Origin: Mobula hypostoma
Lineage: Eukaryota
Assembly: GCF_963921235.1 (NCBI RefSeq)
Contig: NC_086104.1
Coordinates: 102,858,001 to 102,922,000, forward strand
Reading direction: 5' to 3'
DNA length: 64,000 bases
The notes under the pieces are model-generated. The model did no database searches and was not told the DNA's origin. It was given only the letters and a program-made list of their open reading frames with translations. How positions within the stretch are numbered: the stretch's first letter is position 1; the number at the start of each line of letters is the position of its first letter. Positions 12,930-24,520 of this stretch are shown piece by piece. Both the position numbers and the translations under genes were made by a program.

Positions 12930-13465
12930 TGTGCATGACCCGCAGAGTCCCCGAAAGTTAGTTCTGCGATATGGTGTACTCGTATTGAATTGCTGATCGA
13001 TAGAAAACATGACAGTATTTTTTTATTATTTAAAAAGCATCACGTTATGAACGGCACGGAAACTGTGTTTGGGATTGCAACGTGAAGTTGTTTTGCGAAA
13101 GGATCGTGAATCTCAAGTAGATTCTGAATAGGATTCAGGACAGTTACATCGCCTAATGGCAGGTAATTAACCGCTATCACCGCAATTAAGCTGCATAGAC
13201 AACAGCAAAAATCTACCCCGCAAGAATTAGCTCTTTGTGTAAAGTTGTGCATGAATGTCTGAAGATCAAACCAAGCTGATATAGGAAAGGTTAAGTCTCG
13301 GTGTCCGTACGTCGGGTAGGGAGAGAGACCCCAGCATGGAACAGGACGGACAGGTGGACCACCAACTGACATCACAATTGCTTCCAAACTGAAAATCTCC
13401 AAGGAATTGGTTGTTATGTTTCATTGTTGAAATATTGGAGAAATTCTTTCAGCGAGACATTGAGT

Positions 13466-13481
13466 GGCTGTTAAAAGAGCC
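13466..13481 (-). terminator. Histone stem-loop of the H2B pseudogene (one stem mismatch)
   Basis: Minus strand GGCTCTTTTAACAGCC; the H3 genes have GGCTCTTTTAAGAGCC. Confidence 0.85.
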
Positions 13482-13510
13482 GTTGTGTTTCGTCAGCACT
13501 CTGTGGAGTT

Positions 13511-13869
13511 TCACTTGGAGCTGGTGTACTTGGTCACCGCCTTTGTCCCTTCCGACACGGCGTGCTTGGCCAGCTCCCCGGGCAGCAACAGGCGCACGGC
13601 AGTCTGGATCTCCCGAGAAATGATGGTCGACGGCTTGTTGTAACGGGCTAGGCGGGAAGCTTCGCCTGCGATGCGGTCAGAATTGTTGTTCACGGTAGAG
13701 CTCATGATGCACATGGCCTTGGAGGAAATGCCTGTGCTGGGGTGAACCTGCTTCATCGCTTTGTAGATATAGATACCATTAGTCTCCCTCTTCGCTCTCT
13801 TGCGCTTCTTGCTGCCCTTGAACGCGGCTTTCTTGGCCCCTTCTTGGGAGCTTTCGCCAGAACAGGCAT
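13511..13869 (-). pseudogene. H2B: Histone H2B pseudogene
   Basis: ATG at 13869 gives [11 protein letters not shown], then a 1-nt frameshift; the other frame continues [42 protein letters not shown]...AVTKYTSSK. Many substitutions in the histone fold (e.g. [19 protein letters not shown]). Confidence 0.92.
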
Positions 13870-13920
13870 TTTTCTGTCGGTTTCAGTCCCAAAAATATTT
13901 GGAACCCACTCGGAATTTGG

Positions 13921-13953
13921 ATTAAATAAGCAGTGCTCCCATCCTATGCAAAT
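13921..13953 (-). promoter_or_regulatory. H2B octamer element and degenerate TATA
   Basis: ATGCAAAT 13946-13953 (ATTTGCAT on the gene strand) just upstream of TATTTAA; this is the canonical vertebrate H2B promoter layout. Confidence 0.8.
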
Positions 13954-14092
13954 GAGGGATTCAGGAAAGCTAGTTGCTTGATAAAGTATCAAAAATATTC
14001 TTCGATTGAAACCTTTAGATTGAATGGAAGGCGCTTCATACAGGATTAACCACCCCGGTGTTGGTTTGTTCCAGTAGCTAGAACATTCTTGG

Positions 14093-14220
14093 ACAAGAGA
14101 CACTGCAGATGCTGGAAATTCGGAGCAACACACACAAAAATGCTGGAGACACTCAGCAGGTCAGGCAGCATCTATGGAGAGGAATAAGCAGTCGAGTCCC
14201 TTCATCAGGAATCATCATCA
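14093..14220 (-). repeat. Penelope-like terminal-repeat tail
   Basis: ctgcagatgctgg...cacaaaaatgctggagacactcagcaggtcaggcagcatctatgg...ttcatcagga. Confidence 0.65.
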
Positions 14221-14299
14221 ATACTCTGGGAACGGCTTCACCAACATCATGTACAAATGCAACATAATCTCCCAACTCCCACATCCATAGACAGTCCTG

Positions 14300-15170
14300 T
14301 GAAATTGAGAGTGATGGTGGAGGGCTGCTTTTCTGATTGGAAGCCTGTGACCAGTGGTAGACTACAGAGATCAGTGCTGTTTCCCTTCTTCTTGTCATCT
14401 ACATCAACAATTTAGCTGAGAATGGGTGTAAGATTTGAATATTACACCAGACATAAAACTGGTAGTCATCTGGGGATGTGTAGGAGGCTGCAGGGGTGGT
14501 GAATTTAAGGAGTATAAAATCATGAGGTGTATAGATAGGGTCAATGGTCAGAGCTTTTCCCCAGGATAGAGGTGTCCAAACTAATGTGCATAGCCTTCAG
14601 GTGGAGGGATAACTTTTACTAGAAGAAGGTGGCAGGTATGTGGAATGAGCTGCCAGAGGAAGTGGTACAGGTGAGTACAATAAAGTGTTTAAAAGACAGT
14701 TTGACAGGTACATGGATAGGAAAGGTCAGAATGACATGGGTCAAATGTGAGGAAGTGAGACTGGTTCAGAGAGGCATCAATGAGATGGGCCAAAAGGCCT
14801 GTTTCCATACTGAGTATTTTTATGACTCCAGGCAGACAGGATACAGGTTTAAGGAGAGGAGTGTGTGATTTACAAGGGGCCTGAGGAAGAATTTCTTCCT
14901 TCACCCAGAGGGAGGTTCCAATCTGGAACGAACTGCCTGATGGGCTGGTGCGGGCAGGTATATAACCATATAACAATTACAGCACAGAAATAGGCCATCT
15001 CGGCCCTTTTAGTCCGTGCCGAACTCTAACTCTCACCTAGACCCACCGACCTGCACTCAGCCATAACCCTCCATTCCTTTCCTGTCCATATATCTATCCA
15101 ATTTAACTTTAAATGACAACATCGAACCTGCCTCAACCACTTCTGCTGGAAGCTTGTCCCACACAGCTAT
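14300..15170. mobile_element. Mosaic of old CR1 3' fragments in both orientations
   Basis: WNELPEEVV motifs; CR1 3' UTR remnants. Confidence 0.6.
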
Positions 15171-15389
15171 CACAATTCACTTGGTTCATTTCTGATACCT
15201 CTCTCCCCTTTCTTGATCTCTCTGGAGACAAATTGCTGACCAACAGCTTTTATAAATCTACCAATTTGCAGTTACCTTGACTATACTCTGTCTCGGTAAA
15301 AATGCTATTCCCTTTTCCTAGTTCCTTCGAACCACTGCATCTGTTCCCAGGATGATACATTCCTTTCCAGGACACTCAGTAGGTTTACC

Positions 15390-15845
15390 AGCACTGGAAG
15401 GATATGTACAGATGATGTCTTGGCTATGGACTCTCCATCTGAATTCGAAGATAGAAAGGGGATAGTATAAAAAAGCAAAGGGGAGTGGTAGAGCAAATTC
15501 TAGTAACTGATTGATGGATCCAGGTGAGGAGGAATGATTGATGGATGAAGTAGGGAAGAGCAAAAATAGCAAAAGAAACCTGGAGGTGGAGGCAACGAAG
15601 AACTGAAGATGATGGAATCTGGTAAGAAAGGAAAGTCGAGCATGGAACAAAGTGACAGAGGTGTGGAGGTAAGATGCAACTAGTGGGAGGAATAAGCTGG
15701 TGGTGTGTAGGTGATGTGTGGCTATAGCGGGTGGAAGAGGGGAAAGAAACCAAGTGATGGGGCTTGTAGGAGGAATTGCGTAGATCAGGATGAGGGTGAA
15801 AATGGACAGGGGGAGCAGTTCACCACAAATACGAGAATTCAATCT
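15390..15845 (-). repeat. Degenerate Penelope-like 3' region
   Basis: Purine-rich tract similar to 18725-18925 and to the reverse complement of 33780-34060. Confidence 0.45.
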
Positions 15846-18630
15846 TATTCATATTTTTTTTAAGTCTTTCTCCATTTCCCTTTCATAAAATAACACGTGT
15901 GATCTAAAATCAGCACATTGAGGATGCTAAGGTTTCCTCTGTTGTTGAACAACATCACCTCCTTTTTTAAGATAAAATTTTGATCCTTGAAGACAAAGCA
16001 ATTGTGCAGGTGTTGAAACCTACTGAATTAAGAGAATAAAACACACACAATCAGCCTTGTATATAAAACCAATCCATGAAATGGAAGCCTTTCCTGAAGT
16101 ATATTCCATGAGTCTTGTTCTGCTGTCAGTGCAAGTATGTTACAGAGATAAATAAAGCTCCTTCTCAATCTTTCTCCTTGGAAATAGATGAGAATATAAA
16201 AGCCTCACGTAATAGGATTAAAAGAAAGGAGTTTGTTGGGAACTAAAGAACTTAACAGCTGAACACACTGGAAAACATCCAAGCAGTGATGGCTGACCAA
16301 ACCTGTCTGTGAGATAACCAACCATTAGCTTCAATTCTGCCACTGAATCTTTCAGTCATGGGCACAAATAAAGGAGGATTCTGAAAACTCCCATTCATTC
16401 CTCAATCCTACTTTATTTTACTTGTGCACAAGGAGAACAGCATGGCCCCTGTCACACACACTGTTCTGAGTTCTGAACAGGGAAACATTGTTTTTATTCA
16501 GAATTCATAGCAGTTACTGATACTGACCATTTGGTAAACTGTGTATGTTTGAATTCATGTCTTGCAAGATCAATTACCATTGACAATATGTGTTAAAATT
16601 CAATAGAAACCACAATCTAACAACTGCTGATACTTTGACATTAGTAAAGTAATTGTCCCTTAGTTGGTGTATGTTCCTTGAATTCTTCCATTACATTCTT
16701 ATCTTGTCTCCAGTAAGCCAAAATGGCTCCTGTTTCCTCCTGTGAAAATGGAAGCTGCATTCATCAAAGACCTCACTTTCCTGGGCGGTCTGTACTTTAT
16801 CTCCGATCCATCCTTGCCTGGACAAGAATTAACCTTTGCCTTGCCACAACTTCCAGAGTCAGCTGCTCGTTCGCTTTCTCTGAAACCACTTCCATCCTGA
16901 CAGTTCCGTAGCTCTAACCTTCAAAAGAATCATAAAGCTGTAGAATTGTAAAATCAAAAGTGATGACACAGAAGTAGGCTACTCTGCCCATCATATGAGT
17001 GCTGGTTAAAAAGGAGCTACTTCACTTAATTTATTTAACACTTCCAGCACTAGATCAATGGCCTTAATGGTCACAGCACTTAAAGTCCACAACCCATCCT
17101 TTTCGATATGAGATGAGAGCTTCCACCTCTACCACATTTTCAGGCAGTGAATCCCATGACACAGCCACCCTCAGAATGAAAAAAAAAACTCCTTGCTTCC
17201 TTTCTAATCCTTCCACTGAGCGCATAAGTCTATGTCCCCCTTGATTTTGATCCTACGTTTAAGGAAAATAGGTCTTCCTTATTCACTTTCTGCAGAATCC
17301 TTTTAATTTTGGACTTCTATTAATTCTCTCCTTAGCCTCTTCTGTTCCAAAGGAAGTGACCCTGGCTAATACAATGTATTTTTTCAGCACTTAAACTTTC
17401 CATTTCTGATAACATCCACCTAAATCTCCTCTGCAGTGCAATTGTGTTTCTTGCAAAGTGGTGTATGACTGTGCACAGAAATCAAGCTGTGCCTTAATCC
17501 TTGGTATTATAAGTTCCAGCATGCTGCTACTTCCCTTTATGATACTTTATGCTGCTTTTTGTAAAGGAAAGCATCCTCTTTGCCTTTGTACCCAGTTTAT
17601 CATCTTCCTGTTCTGCTATGTTTAATGATTTGTAAACATGAACTTCAAGGCCACTCTCATGAATTGTATCATCCTTTGCCTTGTTGCAGATTCTCATACT
17701 TCACGTTCCTCTAGATTAAATTCTGAGATAAGATTTTGACCTGAAACATGGACAATTTATTCCCAGCCCCCACAGATCCTGCTTGACCTGCTAAAGTCCT
17801 CCAACAGAATGTTTGCTGCTTAACATTGTGTAAGTTGCATTAATTGTTGATTGATATGTGCCACGTGGTAGATTTTGTTTACTAATTTATATGTGAGGCC
17901 CCTTGAAATATTTTACAATATGAATGACAAAGTCTGGAAATAATCTGTCAGTTTTGAAGGGCATGGGCAGGTTGAGTAGAGAAAGCTATGGCAGATGGAA
18001 ATGTGACCTTCGGCCCAAGGGAGATGGATCTATGGGACCAGCATGAAGGAGAGAATGGGGTGATTTTTCTCCTCCAAATGCCATGAAAATCAGATGGCGG
18101 TACATGGCACAGGTTCCCTTAAGCTGTGTACTGTCATTGGTGCTCACTGGTTAAACTCTTGGCTCATCTTTTCTAGACATGACTTGCGTTATTCTGAATA
18201 GTCATGTCATTCACAGTACTCACCTCTTGATCTTCACAGCATAACCTCTTCCCAATCTTACATCCAATATCGGCCCTCAAAAATTAGGGTATAGTTAATG
18301 TCGAAACATAAGCAATGAAATAAGCTACCTTCAAAAAGTTTGCAAAGGTTGGACAGGTTCCACACATCCATTTGGACTTGAGGGATGGATCTGAGAGTAA
18401 TTAAGGCACAGAACCACTCTAAGTGGAGAACAACTGCAATGGATTCAGTACTTTGGAAATTAGAGCAAAAAAATGAGTGTAGCAGGATCAGTTTGACAAA
18501 ATTACCATGGCACTTCAGCTCATATTGAACTATTAACAATTTAATATCCAGTATGCTGAAGTTTTTATTCAAATGGAATGCAATATTAGGATTACAGTAG
18601 ATTAGAAAGAGACATGGAAAACTGGTAAAC

Positions 18631-18925
18631 ACACTGCAGACTCACACAAAATGCTGGAGGAACTCAGCACTATCTATGGAAAAGAGAGACCTGTCGATGT
18701 CTCTGACCAAGACACTTCATCAGGACTGGAAAGGAAGGGGAGAAGTCAGAGTAAGGTGGTGGGGAGAGGGGAGGAAGATGTACAAGGTGGCAGGTGATAG
18801 GGGAAACTGGGAGAGGGGGAGTGGGTGAAGTAAAGAGCTGGGAAGTTGATTGGTGAAAGAGATAAAGGACTGGAGAAGGTAGGAATCTGATAGGAGAGGC
18901 TTGAAGACCACGGAAGAAAGCAAAG
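18631..18925 (-). repeat. Penelope-like terminal repeat with degenerate hammerhead-like core
   Basis: Minus strand CAGTC-CTGATGA-AGTGTCTTGGTCA-GAGAC-ATC-GACAG at ~18691-18727. Confidence 0.65.
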
Positions 18926-21270
18926 GGATAGGGGACTCTATAGTTAGGGGATCAGACAAGCATCTCTGTGGACGCAGGAAAGAAACACAGGTGGTAGTTT
19001 GCCTCCCAGGTGCCAGGGTCCGGGATGTTTTTGATCACATCCATGATATCTTGAAGTGGGAAGGTGAACAGTCAGAGGTTGTGGTACATATTGGTACCAA
19101 TGACATAGGTAAAAAAAGGAAGGAGGTCCTGAAAACAGACTACAGGGAGTTAGGAAGGAAGCAGAGAAGCAGGACCACAAGGGTAGTAATCTCGGGATTG
19201 CTGCCTGCCCCATGCGACAGTGAGTACAGGAATAGAGTGAGGTGGAGGATAAATGTATGGTTCAGGGATTGGTGCAGGGGGCAGGGATTCATATTTCTGG
19301 ATCATTGGGACCTCTTTTGGAGCAGATGTGACCTGTACAAAAAGGACGGGTTGCACTTGAATCCGAAGGGGACCAATATCCTGGCAAGGAGGTTTGCTAA
19401 GGCTATTGGGAAGAGTTTAAACTAGAATTGCTGGGAGAGTGGAAACTGAACTGAAGAGATGGAGGAAGGAATGATTGGCTTTTTAATGCAAGAAGCATCA
19501 TGAACAAAGCAGATGAGCTTTGAGCATAGATCAGTACTTGGAACTGTGATGTTGTGGCCCTTACAGAGACTTGAATGGCTCAGGGGCAGGAATGGCCTCT
19601 TAGATGTTTCAGACAGGACAGGGAGGGAGACAGAAGAGGTGGGACATGGCACTGCTGATCAGAGATACTGTCACGGCTGCAGAAAAGGAGGAACTCATGG
19701 AGGGATTGTCTCCTGAGTCTCCGTGGGTGTACGTTAGGAACAGGAAGGGGTTAATAACTCTACTGGATGTTTTTACAGACCACCCAACAGTAACAGGGAC
19801 ATAGAAGATCAGATAGGGAGACAGATTCTGGAAAAGTGTAATAAAAACAGGGTTGTTGTGGTGGGAGATTTTGATTTCCCAAATATTGATTGGCGTCTCC
19901 CTCGAGCAAGGAGTTCAAATCGGGTGGAGTTTGTTATGTGTGTTCAAGAAGGTTTCCTGACAAAATATGTAGATAAGCCTACGAGAGGAGAGGCTGTACT
20001 TGATCTGCATTGGGAAATGAACCTGGGCAGGTGTCAGATCTCTCAGTGGGAGAGCATTTTGGAGATAGTGATCACAATTCTATCTCCTTTACCATAGCAT
20101 TGGAGAGGGATAGGGACAGACAAGTTAGGAAAACACCTAATTGGAGTAAGGGGAAAAATGAAGCTATCAGGCAGGAACTTGGAAGCATAAATTGGGAACA
20201 GATGTTCTCAGAGAAATGTACAGCAGAAATGTGGCAAATATTCAGGGGATATTTGTGTGGCGTTCTGCACAGGTACATTCCAATGAGACAGGGAAAGGAT
20301 GGCAGGGTACAGGAACTGTGGTGTACAAAGGCAATTGAAAATCTAGTCAAGAAGAAAAGAAAAGCTTATGAAAGATTCAAAAAGCTAGGTAAAGTTAGAG
20401 ATCTAGAAAATTATAAGTCTAGCAGGAAGGAGCTTAAGAATGAAATTAGGAGAGCCAGAAGGGGCCATGAGAAGGCCTTGGCAGACAGGATTAAGGAAAC
20501 CCCAAAGGGAGGGGAGGGAGGGAACGTTGAATCAGACCATGAGAGGCTTGCGTCGGGCATTTTCATGCCTTACAAGGCGCAGATTGGAAGTCTATGTGGG
20601 ACAGCACTCCTCACACACCCCCAAGGCATTCTACAAGTATGTGAAGAGCAAGAGGATAAGACGTGAGAGAATGGGACCTATCAAGTGTGACAGTGGAAAA
20701 GTGTGTATGGAACAGGAGGAGATAGCAGAGGTACTTAATGAGTACTTTGCTTCAGTATTCCCTACAGAAAAGGACCTTGGCGATTGTAGGGATGACTTAC
20801 AATGGACTGAAAAGCTTGAGCATATAGACATTAACAAAGAGGATGTGTTGAAGCTTTTGGAAAGCATCAAATTGGATAAATCACTGGGACCATACAAGAT
20901 ATACCCCAGGCTACTGTGGGAAGTGAGGGACGAGATTGCTGAGCCTCTGCCAATGATCTTCGCATCATCAATGGAGACAGGAGAGAATCCAGAGGATTGG
21001 AGGTTTGTGGATATTGTTCCCTCATTCAAGAAAGGGAGTAGAGATAGCCCAGGAAATTATAGACCAGTGAGTCTTACTTCAGTGGTTGGTAAGTTGATGG
21101 AAAGATCCTGAGAGGCAGGATTTATAAACATTTGGAGAGGCATAATATGATTAGGAATAGTCAGCATGGCTTTTTCAAAGGCAGGGTGTGCCTTACAAGC
21201 CTGATTGAATTTTTTGAGGATGTGACTAAACACTTTGATGAAAGTAGAGCAACAGATGTAAGTGTATATG

Positions 21271-21842
21271 TGTAGCCCTCAGGCTTGATTAACTCGCATT
21301 GGTCTAGGGGAAGCAGCCATTGGCCCTTCCAAACTGGGTAATCATGTTTGTGTGGATGCTGTGTGATGTACCCCAGTACAATCCCACATCACAAAATTTC
21401 AGCCAGTACACAGTATGCAATTAAAGGACTACACTTCATAACTCTTACTTCGGCTCTGTGGTTAGTAGAGAAACAAATTATAAAAGAAAAGGGCGCCACA
21501 TTTATTAAATAGTTTGTGCACAGTAAATCGGTGGAGCTCACGCAGTAGGTATTCCTCTACAAATGACCTCTGCCAAAATGTCGCCGACACTCGGACCCCC
21601 GGATTCTAGTCTCCGCCATCCGGTCATTTCCCAGCGCTCCTCACACATGTCCTTCCTCTTCCTTCTGCTCGACCGAAAAGCCCACGCAAAACCCCGGTTC
21701 CCAGATACACAAGAAAGAATAACAAGTCTCCCATTGGATAGCCCTGAATACCAAAGTCCCATTATCTCTAATCATAACCCAAACATCGCAGCTACAGAGA
21801 AACCATTACCTCAGCAATTAACATTACAGAGAAGCCATTACA
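21271..21842. mobile_element. Solo LTR (572 bp) inserted in the CR1 RT
   Basis: TGTA...TACA termini; 4-bp TSD TATG (21267-21270 and 21843-21846) splits the host codons for VYMDFSK. Confidence 0.8.
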
Positions 21843-22483
21843 TATGGATTTCAGCAAGGCATTTGATAAGGTACCCCATGCAAGGCTTATTGAGAAAGTA
21901 AGGAAGCATGGGATCTAAGGGAACCTTGCTTTGTGGATCCAGAACCGGCTTGCCCACAGAAGACAAAGAGTGGTTGTAGACGGGTCATATTCTGCATGGA
22001 GGTCAGTTACCAGTCGTGTGCCTCAGGGATCTGTTCTGGGACCCCAACTCTTTGTGATTTTTATAAATGACGTGGATGAGGAAGTGGAGGAATGGGTAAG
22101 TAAATTTGCTGAATACACAAAGGTTGGGGTTGTTGTGGATTGTGTGGAGGGCTGTCAGAGATTACAGCGGGACATTGATAGGATGCAAAACTGGGCTGAG
22201 AAGTGGCAGATGGAGTTCAACCCAGGTAAGTGTGAGGTGGTTCACTTTGGTAGGTCAAATATGATGGCAGAATATAGTATCAATGATAAGACTCTTGGCA
22301 GAGTGGAGGATCAGAGGGATCTTGGGGTCCGAGTCCATAGGACGCTCAAAGCTACTGCACAGGTTGACTGTGTCATTAAGAAGGCATGCAGTGTATTGGC
22401 CCTCATCAACCATGGGATGAGTTCAAGAGCCGAGAGGTAATGTTACAACCATATAGGTTCCTGGTCAGCCCCCACTTGAGTAC

Positions 22484-22841
22484 ACGACCCACCCAGCCAA
22501 CACACTTTTCGTCCCTCTTCCCTCCGGGAGAAGGCTTAGGAGCTTGAAGACTCGTCCGGCCAGATTTGGGAACAGCTTCTTTCCAACTGTGATAAGACTG
22601 CTGAACGGATCCTGACCCGGATCTGGTCCGTACCCTCCAAATATCCGGACCTGCCTCTTGGTTTTCTTGCACTACCTTACTTTCCATTTTTCTATTTTCT
22701 AATTATTTATAATTTAAATTTTTAATATTTACTATCGATTTGTAATCCAGGGAGCGGGAAGCGCAGAGTCAAATATCGCTATGATGATTGTACGTTCTAG
22801 TATCAATAGTTTGGTGACAATAAAGTATAAAGTATAAAGTA
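22484..22841 (+). mobile_element. LINE 3' fragment with (AAAGTAT)n tail inserted in CR1
   Basis: Interrupts the host ...cacttgagtac|tgtgctcagttctgg; tandem tail at 22821-22841. Confidence 0.65.
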
Positions 22842-23022
22842 TACTGTGCTCAGTTCTGGTCACCTCACTACAGCAAGGATGTGGAAACTATAGAAAGGGT
22901 GCAGAGATTTACAAGGATGTTGCCTGGATTGGGGAGCATGCCTTATGAGAATAAGTTGAGTGAACTTGGCCTTTTCTCTTTGGAGCGGCAGAGGTTGAGA
23001 GGTGATCTGATAGAGATGTAAA

Positions 23023-23230
23023 ATGCTTGCCCCAGAAGGCTGTGGAGGCCAAGTCTCTGGATGCTTTCAAGAAAGAGATGGATAGAGCTCTTAAAGATAG
23101 CGGAATCAAAGGTTATGGGGATAAGGCAGGAACTGGATACTGATTGTGGATGATCAGCCATGATCACAGTGAATGGTGGTGCTGGCTGGAAGGGCCGAAT
23201 GGCCTACTCCTGCACCTATTGTCTATTGTC
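23023..23230 (+). mobile_element. Short CR1 3' end with (TATTGTC)n tail nested in the older CR1
   Basis: AVEAKSLD..FKKEMDRAL plus 3' UTR; host resumes at ..aagatgatgagaggc. Confidence 0.7.
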
Positions 23231-23934
23231 TAAAAGATGATGAGAGGCATTGATTGTGTGGATAATCAGAGGATTTTTCCCAGGGCTGAAATGGCTAACA
23301 CAAGAGGACACAGGTTTAAGGTGCTTGGAAGTAGGTACAGAGGAGATGTCAGGGGTAAGTTTTTCACAAAGAGAATGGCGAGTGCGTGGAACGGGCTGCC
23401 AGCAACAGTGGTGGAGGTGGAAACAATAGGGTCTTCTAAGAGACTGTTGGATCGGGACATGGGGCTTAGGAAAATAGAGGGCTATGGGTTACCTGAGGTA
23501 ATTTCTGAAGTAAGTACATGTTCGGCACAGCATTGTGGGCCGAAGGGCCTGTATTGGGCTGTCGGTGTTCTTTGTTTCTAAACTCTGAGTGAAAAATTTG
23601 CCCTTCAGGCCCATTAGATCTTTAACCTCTCACAATACATTTATGTTCTTTATTTATTCTCTGGCCTGGGTGAAAAAGACTGTGACCATCTATCCTATCT
23701 GAACCCCTCACAGTTATATAAACCCCTATAAGATAACCCCTAAGCATCCCACATTCCAGAGAAAACAGTCCCAGTCTATCCAGTCTCTCCTTGCAACGCA
23801 AATTCTTCAGTCACAGTCACATCCTTGTGAGTGTTTTCTGCACCCTCTCCAGCTGAATCACATTGTACCTGCAGCGAGGTGACCAGAACTACGCACTATA
23901 CCCCAAAGGCAATCTCACAACATCTTGTACAGTT

Positions 23935-24515
23935 CAAAGTTAATTTTGTTATCAAAGTATGTATCTGCTACCAAATACGACACTGAGATTTATCTTCTTC
24001 AGGCATTCGCAGTAGAACAAATAAATACAATAGAATCAATTAAAACTGCACACAAAGACTGACAAATTATGCAAATAGAAATAGAAACAACTAATGATTA
24101 TAAATAATAATATTGAGAACACAAGTTGTAGAGTCCTTGAAAGGGTGTTCAATGATCAGTTCAGTATTGTGGTGAGTGAAGATGTCTGTGCTGGTTCAGG
24201 AGCCTGATGGGTGAGGGGTAATAACTGTTCCTGAACCTGGCAGCAGTCTTTGTAGATGTGGTCAATGGTGGAGGGCTTTTGCTCGTGAACTGTGCTTTTC
24301 ATTCTTGATCATTGGTGTTTCCATACCAGAGCATGATGCAGCCAGTCAGGATACCCTCCACTGTGCATCGATAGAAGTTTGTCGGAGTTTAAAGGATGTG
24401 ATGAACCCATGTAAACTTCCAAGAAAGTGTCGCCATGTTTTCTGTGAAGTGACAGTTACATGCTGGTCCCTGCACAGATCCTCTGAAATGATAAATTCCA
24501 GGAATTTTCCTCTGA
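23935..24515 (-). mobile_element. Rex-like LINE 3' fragment (related sequence at ~28033-28200)
   Basis: KFLEFIISEDL motif; the 28033-28200 segment reads EWCHNNHLSFNIHKT...FKFLGVN on the minus strand. Confidence 0.55.
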
Positions 24516-24520
24516 TATAA

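Larger units (their letters stand above)
18925..23582 (+). mobile_element. Near full-length degenerate CR1 (ORF1 SGNH esterase; ORF2 APE endonuclease and RT) with four nested insertions
   Basis: GDSIVRG, VVVHIGTNDIG and DGLHLN esterase motifs; VGDFDFP, SDHNS, NYRPVSLTS, PQGSVLGP; 3' UTR at the end. Confidence 0.9.

Noticed and set aside
18901-19425. Stand-alone SGNH esterase gene (also 27647-28096, 44117-44662, 61698-62216)
   Set aside because: These are CR1 ORF1 domains in LINE context, not host genes.
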